Shown: in pieces, positions 25,773-32,000 of the stretch
How the letters are laid out: every line of letters begins with the position of its first letter
How positions within the stretch are numbered: position 1 is the first letter of the stretch
Origin: Acaryochloris thomasi RCC1774
GTDB taxonomy: Bacteria > Cyanobacteriota > Cyanobacteriia > Thermosynechococcales > Thermosynechococcaceae
Length of the DNA: 32,000 nucleotides
Direction of reading: 5' to 3'
NCBI RefSeq assembly: GCF_003231495.1
Contig: NZ_PQWO01000004.1
Location: forward strand, 1-32,000
The notes under the pieces: generated by a model
Seen by the model: the letters and a program-made list of their open reading frames with translations, nothing else
What the model was told of the DNA's origin: nothing
The model's database searches: none
Position numbers and translations under genes: made by a program

Positions 25773-26534
25773 ATGTTTTTGCTAACCGATAAAATTGCTG
25801 TGGTCACAGGCGGGGCTTCTGGCATCGGAGAAGCGGTGGTACAGCGATTCCTGGCAGCAGGCGCGACTGTTTACTCCATCGATCGGGTCGATGCCGCTGT
25901 TGATGGCGCTAAGGCGCTGGTGGGCGATGTTTCTCAAGAAGCAGACATTGTGCGACTGCTAGAGACTGTGGCAGCGGCCTCTGGTCGCATCGACATCTTG
26001 ATCAATAATGCAGGCGTACAGCCTCTGGGGATTCCGTTCTCTGAACTCACTGAGCAAACACTTCGTCTCACCTTTGAGGTCAACGTCAATGGCGTCGCTT
26101 TTGGTGTCAAACACGCGCCTAACTTTATGCCCGAAACCGGTGGTCGGATTATCAATACCTCATCCTTTGTTGGCCTAATTGGTATACCACTGGGTTCTGC
26201 CTACGCCGTCTCGAAGGCTGCGGTGGTGCAGATTACGAAATGTGCCGCTATTGAATTGGCGGTGAAAGGTATTACGGTAAATGCGATCGCACCTGGCACC
26301 GTCCTCACCCCAGCCGTGACCAATATCCCCGATAACCCCGAGATTCCGTTCGTCTCCCGCCGAACCCCCTTAGGGCGGCTGGCAAAGTCTGAAGAAATCG
26401 CTGCTGCTTTCCATTTTCTCGCCTCAGATGAAGCCGCCTATATTACCGGCGCAATTCTGCCCGTCGATGGTGGCATCACCGCCGGTTGGGAGAGCTATGA
26501 CTTACCGCCTCCCGATCCACGGTTCACAACGTGA
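25773..26534 (+). CDS. Short-chain dehydrogenase/reductase (classical SDR)
   Basis: TGGASGIG cofactor motif, NNAG, and the catalytic YAVSKAA. Confidence 0.92.
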   Translation: MFLLTDKIAVVTGGASGIGEAVVQRFLAAGATVYSIDRVDAAVDGAKALVGDVSQEADIVRLLETVAAASGRIDILINNAGVQPLGIPFSELTEQTLRLTFEVNVNGVAFGVKHAPNFMPETGGRIINTSSFVGLIGIPLGSAYAVSKAAVVQITKCAAIELAVKGITVNAIAPGTVLTPAVTNIPDNPEIPFVSRRTPLGRLAKSEEIAAAFHFLASDEAAYITGAILPVDGGITAGWESYDLPPPDPRFTT

Positions 26535-26573
26535 CCTGCACTGCTGCAATCGCCAACAAGGAACGAGACAATT

Positions 26574-27815
26574 ATGGTCAGTCGTATTCAACCTAAGCTG
26601 CACAGCATCGAAGCCATCAACGCCGCCATTCTTGAATCTGCGTCAACCGGCTTAGAAAACGCCTTTACGCTGCCCGCTAGCGCCTACACCTCGGCAGAAT
26701 ACTTTGAGTACGAACTCGAAACGATCTTTAAACAGGAATGGCTCTGCATCGCCCATGTTTCCCAGATCCCAAAACTGGGAAATTATCTCAGCCTTGATGT
26801 GCTCGGTGAGCCAGTGATGGTCGTGCGGGCTAAAGATAACGTAGTTCGTGTCCTGTCTCGCGTCTGCCCCCATCGAGCTATGGACATTATGCCGCAGGGG
26901 TTTGGCTACGACGAGCGAGGTAAGGTCCGAGGCTTCATGTGCCCCTACCATAGCTGGACCTTTGACCTGAGCGGACAGCTCAAGGGCGCACCCGCGATGC
27001 AGAAGACCTGTGATTTCAGCCTCAAAGATCACAGCCTGATTGAGTTTCGCAGCGAAATCTGGGAAGGCTTTATCTTCATGACCTTCAACTCTGAGGCTGA
27101 ACCCGTTGCCACTCAGCTTGCCGACTTGCACACCCAGATTTCCCCCTGGAACATGGCGAGCATGGACATTGTCGCCGAGCTGGAATGGGACCTCGACGTG
27201 AACTGGAAGAACATGATCGAGAACTGGATGGAGCCTTACCATCACATGGGAATTCATGTCAAAACGCTGCAGACTATGATGCCCGCTACTGGCTGCTGGA
27301 CCGATGAGTATCATCCCCACTACACAAGGGCACATCTGCCCTATCGGCAAAGCCTCATCGACTCAATCAAGGAAGCTGAGGCCAAGGGAGAACACTACGG
27401 CACCTTCCCTCCGATTCCAAACCTGCCAGAGGCGTACAGGTACGAGTGGACTGTGCACGTGGGTTATCCAGACTACCTGATGCTCACAGGGCCGAACTGC
27501 GCACTCTGGTATCGTATGCTGCCGATCAGCGCCGAGAAAATTCATCTCGTCACCACAATTTTGGTCACGAAGGAGGCCCAGGCCCACCCCGATTTCGAGC
27601 AGCATCTGGCTGAAGAGACGCAGGCTCTGAAGGACTTTCATTGCGAAGATATTGAGGTTTGCACTGCGGTTCAGCGAGGGTTTAACTCCATCGCCTTCCA
27701 GCATGGGCGGATGAGCTACCTAGAAAAGCCGGTCTACCAAATTCAGTGCTATCTCGCCGACCGCATCCGGGCCACCGGAAACGTTCCCGCCGTATTTCTG
27801 GAGGCTTTAGCGTGA
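26574..27815 (+). CDS. Rieske [2Fe-2S] non-heme iron oxygenase, alpha-subunit type
   Basis: Rieske motif CPHRAMDI...(17 aa)...CPYHSWTF. Mononuclear iron region ENWMEPYHHMGIHV. 413 aa, typical of ring-hydroxylating or N/O-demethylating oxygenase alpha subunits. Confidence 0.92.
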   Translation: MVSRIQPKLHSIEAINAAILESASTGLENAFTLPASAYTSAEYFEYELETIFKQEWLCIAHVSQIPKLGNYLSLDVLGEPVMVVRAKDNVVRVLSRVCPHRAMDIMPQGFGYDERGKVRGFMCPYHSWTFDLSGQLKGAPAMQKTCDFSLKDHSLIEFRSEIWEGFIFMTFNSEAEPVATQLADLHTQISPWNMASMDIVAELEWDLDVNWKNMIENWMEPYHHMGIHVKTLQTMMPATGCWTDEYHPHYTRAHLPYRQSLIDSIKEAEAKGEHYGTFPPIPNLPEAYRYEWTVHVGYPDYLMLTGPNCALWYRMLPISAEKIHLVTTILVTKEAQAHPDFEQHLAEETQALKDFHCEDIEVCTAVQRGFNSIAFQHGRMSYLEKPVYQIQCYLADRIRATGNVPAVFLEALA

Positions 27816-28741
27816 GCAAACGGACGGTTGTATACGTCATGCCACTACCACCCGGCTTGCATCCGGGCATGGATACGGTCGCCCACGGAATTGCTCATGG
27901 GTTGGAAGGGACTGACACCGTACTGCGTATTCTCCCGGCAGATCTACGCAATCCACACTATGCGGTTGAACAAAGTCAGGCAATCATTGCTGCGACGGAG
28001 GCTAAGGTTGATGGTATTTGCCTCTTCACTCTCGACGAACAGGAGCCAGCGCCCGCAGTTTGGCGAGCGATTGGGAAGAATATTCCGGTGATTGCACTGC
28101 ACAAACCCGCCTTTCCGGTGACTGCAACTGTCGCTGTTCCAAATTTCTATCATGGATTGTTTCTCACCCAGTTTCTCGCCCGGAGCGTTCACGAAAATGC
28201 TCGTGTCGCTATTATTGGTGGTCCTCCGATCTTGGATGATCAGGAATTGGTTGAAGGACTCATCGAAGGGGCCCAGCGCTGCAAATTCGAGCTTTTGAAC
28301 AATCCCCACGATCTCGCTTGTCGAAATGTATCTGACGTTGCGGGTGCTGGTGCGGGTACCGCTCGCCATGTTCTTGATACTTACGCCGATCTTGAGGCCT
28401 TAATTGTTTTCAATGACGAGACGCTACTGGATGTGTTGCCAGTCCTCAAAGAACGAGGGCTGTTGGGCAAACTCCCGGTCATTTCGCGCAATGGCAGTCC
28501 AGCGGCGGTCGAAGCGGTGCGGCGGGGGGATTCGCTCGCGACATATGACTATGGACTCACTGAAATGGGCATTGCAGCGGGCGAGATTTTTACGGATATT
28601 TTTCTGAAGGATGTTGATCCAGAAGATATCGTCGTGTGTCCCACCTATGGGCGAATCATTAACGAAGAGACTGCAGAAACTTATATCCCCTGGAGTGAGA
28701 GAGCTCCTGAGATCGCACTCGTGACTGGTCTAGGCTCATAG
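27812..28741 (+). CDS. Periplasmic-binding-protein type I fold (sugar-binding/LacI-ligand-domain-like) protein lacking both signal peptide and HTH
   Basis: The GTG at 27812 overlaps the Rieske gene stop (GTGA), with GGAGG at 27800-27804. PBP-I pattern: VDGICLF, NIPVIALH, VAVPNFYHG, ARVAIIGG, EALIVFNDETLLDVLPVLKERG, ISRNGSPAAVEAV..G.SLATYDY. The longer track ORF (27746) overlaps the Rieske gene. Confidence 0.78.
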   Translation: MSKRTVVYVMPLPPGLHPGMDTVAHGIAHGLEGTDTVLRILPADLRNPHYAVEQSQAIIAATEAKVDGICLFTLDEQEPAPAVWRAIGKNIPVIALHKPAFPVTATVAVPNFYHGLFLTQFLARSVHENARVAIIGGPPILDDQELVEGLIEGAQRCKFELLNNPHDLACRNVSDVAGAGAGTARHVLDTYADLEALIVFNDETLLDVLPVLKERGLLGKLPVISRNGSPAAVEAVRRGDSLATYDYGLTEMGIAAGEIFTDIFLKDVDPEDIVVCPTYGRIINEETAETYIPWSERAPEIALVTGLGS

Positions 28742-28806
28742 AGATAAGCCTTGCCCAGACCGTCAAGTCTTCGCTGGGTTTGGCAACGAGGGCTGCAGTC
28801 CGAGCG

Positions 28807-29235
28807 CTAGAACAGTCTTGCTTTCTCTTTGTCGAGTACCCACAGCGTATCCCAATCATGGAGATAGTAGAGGGCAAAACAGGCGGCAAGCATGGGCCAA
28901 GCGGCAAAGAAGAGTAGGTTGGTGTCTTCGTAGGGAGCTAAGTACTTCTTGTAGGCTGATAGCGTCGAAACCGCATGGAGGAATAAAACAATGGGATAGG
29001 TAATCCGTTTTCTAAAGCCAAGAACAAATCCAACAATGATGACAAGTTGCAGCACGCCGATAATATAAACCGGAATATTACCGAGACCACTAATAAAGTA
29101 AAAAGTCTCGAAAACGGCTGCTGCGTGAGTGGGGTTGATGAATTTGTCTAGGGTCCACATCAGCATGACGAGAAAGACGCTCAGGCGTAGAAGCAAGAGC
29201 GCGAGTGGAATTCTCCGGTGGGTGGATCTCAGCAT
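28807..29235 (-). CDS. DoxX-like small integral membrane protein (tentative)
   Basis: 142 aa with four hydrophobic helices. The N-terminal IPLALLLLRLSVFLVML pattern resembles the DoxX family. Confidence 0.6.
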   Translation of the reverse strand: MLRSTHRRIPLALLLLRLSVFLVMLMWTLDKFINPTHAAAVFETFYFISGLGNIPVYIIGVLQLVIIVGFVLGFRKRITYPIVLFLHAVSTLSAYKKYLAPYEDTNLLFFAAWPMLAACFALYYLHDWDTLWVLDKEKARLF

Positions 29236-29344
29236 GTTGTCCTTTGCTCGGGGCGGATACCATTATCGATGCTCAGGGGGCCAGCTCCCAATCAATCGTC
29301 ACTAATAGGCCACCCGTTCATCCTAAATTATTCCTATCTAATAA

Positions 29345-29803
29345 CTAGGGGCAAAGCTGAGTTCCCCATTTTAGCTCTCCAGGATTGGATACACAGATGA
29401 ATCTAGAGATGGACCCCTCTTGCTTTTTGCCGAAGCTTGCAGACTGATCGGTCTGACTCATCTTAAAGGCAACAGAGCCAATGGACGGACAGCGCGTTAA
29501 TATCTCCGTCGCGATGTTGTTCATCAACACTGGAGAGGCCAGCAAATTTTTCCCTCCATTGCCTTTCAGCACGAATTCGTAGGCGTGGGTATATTGCTTG
29601 GGTCTTTCTGTTGCTGCAGAAGTATATTTACTGGCACCCAACTCAAAAATTCGTAGAGATTTGATCCCTAAAAGTCGCCGCTTTGAGGTGTCAAGCTGTG
29701 TATAACAGGCCTTTGATTCCCCAATAATCGGATCTCTCGTCGTTGCTGAGCTTTTTAGCGGCACTAGGGTCATGATCATAAGCGTGGTCAACAAATATTT
29801 CAC
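29345..29803 (-). CDS. Secreted hypothetical protein
   Basis: 152 aa with a signal peptide (MKYLLTTLMIMTLVPLKSSA) and four Cys in the mature part. No family recognised. Lower GC than the core genes. Confidence 0.5.
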   Translation of the reverse strand: MKYLLTTLMIMTLVPLKSSATTRDPIIGESKACYTQLDTSKRRLLGIKSLRIFELGASKYTSAATERPKQYTHAYEFVLKGNGGKNLLASPVLMNNIATEILTRCPSIGSVAFKMSQTDQSASFGKKQEGSISRFICVSNPGELKWGTQLCP

Positions 29804-30092
29804 GCAGTTACACTCCTCGGGTTCAGATTGTGGTGGCGGCTTCTGTCGCCCAAGCCAAGGCTCACCATAGCAATGCTAAAAGTTACGGCAGACTATATAT
29901 TCAATCTTGTCTGAATTTGGTGAGATCTGCAGCGCGCTCGCTCAGATCGCTCTAAGTATTTTGGGGTCTCCCGAAAACTTCAGTGGATGGGCAGATGCTC
30001 ATTCGAAGCGCTCCTGACAAAGAAACCAGCGAATGAGGTCCAGAGGTTCCAAACAATCACTAGGATGAGTTCATACCTTTATCGCGAGCATT

Positions 30093-32000
30093 ATGAAGTT
30101 TCCCTTCAAGCGCCGGTCTCAACCGCAAGAAGCGACGGTCCCTGCTCAAGCGTCAGGCTTAGGAACGTTTGGTGGCGTCTATACGCCATCAACCTTAACC
30201 ATCCTGGGCGTGATTATGTATTTGCGGTTTGGCTGGGTGGTGGGCAATGTGGGCCTGCTGGGTACGCTGATTATTGTCACGCTGGCGACGGCTATTACGC
30301 TACTGACGGCGCTTTCTGCCTGTGCGATCGCAACTGATCGAGAGGTGCGCGTGGGCGGAGCCTACTACATGATTAGCCGCTCTTTGGGGATTGAAACCGG
30401 CGGAGCTGTCGGGATTCCGCTCTATTTTGCCCAAGCTTTTTCAGTGGCTCTATACACCATTGGCTTTGCCGAAAGCGTGGTCCGCAACTTTAGTCAGTTC
30501 AATCAGCTTTACGTGGCTCTGATTACCACGATTGCCGTTGCCGTACTCGCTATTACCTCGGCCCAGTTTGCGATCAAGGCCCAGTACGTGATTATGGTTG
30601 CGATCGCACTGTCCCTGGTCTCCTTAATTTTTGGTAAACCCCTAGAGCCGACCGATATTGAGATGTGGGGGGCTGCTGACGGAGAAGCCTTTTGGCAAGT
30701 CTTTGCCGTTTTCTTTCCTGCCGTTACCGGCATCATGGCTGGGGTTAATATGTCTGGCGATCTACGTGACCCCATCAAATCAATCCCCACCGGTACCCTG
30801 GCCGCCGTGGGGACCGGCTACGTCATCTATATGGGCCTGCCGTTTATCCTCGCCACCCGAGCCGATGCCAGTACGCTGATTGAAAACCCGCTGGTGATGC
30901 AGCAGATGGCCCTCTGGGGACCGGCTATTTTGATGGGCATTTGGGGGGCCACACTCTCCAGCGCCATCGGCAGTATTCTAGGCGCACCTCGGGTACTGCA
31001 GGCCCTGGCAAGGGATGGAGTCCTGCCCCGCTGGATGTCTTTTTTGGGTAAGGGGAGCGGTCCTGACGACGAACCCCGGATCGGCACCGCCGTCACGCTA
31101 GGCGTCGTTGTGGCTGCCGTCAGCATTGGTGACCTCAACTTGATTGCGCCAATCTTGACCATGTTTTTCTTGACCACCTATTTGGTCCTCAACGTCTCGG
31201 CGGGGGTGGAGAGCTTTTTGCAGAGTCCCTCCTTTCGGCCGTTGTTTAGGGTCCACTGGTCGCTCTCGCTGCTGGGTGCTGCTGGGTGCATTGGGGTGAT
31301 GTTTTTAATTAATCCCCAGGCGACCATTGCCGCAGCCGTGATCGTCGCTGTTATTTACCTATGGCTACAGCGCCGGGGCCTTAAAACCACCTGGGGCGAT
31401 GTTCGCAGCGGAGTTTGGATGATGCTGGTCCGCATTGGACTCTTTCAGGTGGGGCACCAGCAAGATGCTAAAAACTGGCGGCCCCATATCCTGGTTCTGT
31501 CCGGATCGCCCACACGACGATGGCCTCTGATTGAACTTGCGAATAACTTCACCCAAAATCGAGGATTAATTACCGTGTCGAGTGTGCTCCCGAGTGGTTC
31601 ACGGGACGTGGCCCAGCAGGAAGAACTAGAGGAGACCCTCACCGACTACTTGGCAGAGCGTGGCGTGCAGGCGTTGGTGCGCACCTTGACGGCCCCTGAT
31701 CCCTTTGAAGGCGCGCAGCGACTGGTGGAAATCTATGGATTAGGTCCGCTGGTGCCCAACACAATTCTGATGGGAGACAGTGAAGAGCCTAAAAATCGCG
31801 ATCGCTACTGCAATCTAATCGCCCATCTTCACCAGGCTAAACGCAACATTCTAATTTTGCGCAATAGTCAAGAGGAAAGCTTTGGCGTCTATCGCCGCAT
31901 TGATGTGTGGTGGGGCGGAATGAATGCGAATGTTGGCCTGCTGCTGCTACTGGCCTATCTGCTGAGCTCCAGCATTGACTGGAATAACGTCCGCATTACG
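30093..32000 (+). CDS. SLC12-type cation-chloride cotransporter homolog (APC superfamily), partial: continues past the window end
   Basis: This ORF is absent from the track because no stop is reached. I checked by hand, line by line, that the frame from ATG 30093 stays open to 32000. It begins MKFPFKRRSQ...GLGTFGGVYTPSTLTILGVIMYLRFGWVVG...GGAYYMISRSLG, which matches the APC/CCC TM1-TM3 signatures. After the TM domain comes KNWRPHILVLSG plus a cytosolic domain, as in CCC C-termini. Confidence 0.85.
   Translation, partial: MKFPFKRRSQPQEATVPAQASGLGTFGGVYTPSTLTILGVIMYLRFGWVVGNVGLLGTLIIVTLATAITLLTALSACAIATDREVRVGGAYYMISRSLGIETGGAVGIPLYFAQAFSVALYTIGFAESVVRNFSQFNQLYVALITTIAVAVLAITSAQFAIKAQYVIMVAIALSLVSLIFGKPLEPTDIEMWGAADGEAFWQVFAVFFPAVTGIMAGVNMSGDLRDPIKSIPTGTLAAVGTGYVIYMGLPFILATRADASTLIENPLVMQQMALWGPAILMGIWGATLSSAIGSILGAPRVLQALARDGVLPRWMSFLGKGSGPDDEPRIGTAVTLGVVVAAVSIGDLNLIAPILTMFFLTTYLVLNVSAGVESFLQSPSFRPLFRVHWSLSLLGAAGCIGVMFLINPQATIAAAVIVAVIYLWLQRRGLKTTWGDVRSGVWMMLVRIGLFQVGHQQDAKNWRPHILVLSGSPTRRWPLIELANNFTQNRGLITVSSVLPSGSRDVAQQEELEETLTDYLAERGVQALVRTLTAPDPFEGAQRLVEIYGLGPLVPNTILMGDSEEPKNRDRYCNLIAHLHQAKRNILILRNSQEESFGVYRRIDVWWGGMNANVGLLLLLAYLLSSSIDWNNVRIT

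Noticed and set aside
26652-27704. 232-aa and 113-aa minus-strand ORFs
   Set aside because: They are antisense to the Rieske oxygenase CDS, whose motifs are unambiguous. They have no family features.
27944-28369. 141-aa minus-strand ORF
   Set aside because: It is antisense to the PBP-fold CDS.
29987-31642. Track ORFs 29987-30337 (+), 30658-30879 (+), 30509-30790 (-), 30827-31177 (-), 31365-31556 (-) and 31445-31642 (-)
   Set aside because: All lie off-frame or antisense within the long open CCC-transporter frame that the track omitted.
1-32000. Searched for CRISPR arrays, tRNA/rRNA genes, transposase or integrase genes and clean intrinsic terminators
   Set aside because: I saw no regularly spaced direct repeats, no cloverleaf-like or rRNA-like segments in the intergenic regions, no recognisable transposase or integrase ORF, and no GC-stem plus T-run terminator convincing enough to report. 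Manual scanning can miss these. tRNAscan-SE, Infernal and TransTermHP would settle it.

Overview
This looks like cyanobacterial chromosomal DNA. By eye I found about 20 copies of the HIP1 octamer GCGATCGC, plus chlD, a GlgA2-type glycogen synthase, proS, rsmG and several cyanobacteria-typical families. I call 30 protein-coding genes or gene remnants, one of which runs off the 3' end. I saw no tRNA, rRNA or CRISPR array. Most of the window is ordinary core genome. The clearest accessory element is a low-GC, HIP1-free island of about 2.9 kb (roughly 2553-5500) directly downstream of chlD. It starts with repeat debris. Next comes a 98-bp structure made of two perfect 24-bp inverted arms, each holding a 14-bp palindrome, which bracket a near-consensus TTGACG-17-TATATT promoter. 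A tightly coupled three-gene operon follows: a 78-aa single-TM protein, a half-size single-TRD HsdS-like protein, and a Type I HsdM m6A methyltransferase. No HsdR is present in the window. The island abuts a ~70-aa central remnant of a caspase-family (C14) gene. This R-less, S-before-M module led by a membrane peptide is my best candidate for something undescribed, but it could equally be an orphan Type I methylase. Secondary observations: (1) an MscS-family channel with a eukaryote-like DEP domain at its C-terminus; (2) an SDR, Rieske oxygenase and cytoplasmic PBP-fold protein operon with GTGA start/stop coupling and no electron-transfer partner; (3) an S1 protease fused to a DUF2808-like domain; (4) a DUF4351/PD-(D/E)XK-like gene broken by a single in-frame TAG, with a paralog 3 kb away; (5) a 680-bp AT-rich intergenic gap; (6) a partial SLC12-type cation-chloride cotransporter homolog at the 3' edge. 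All family assignments come from motif recognition by eye. No database search was run.
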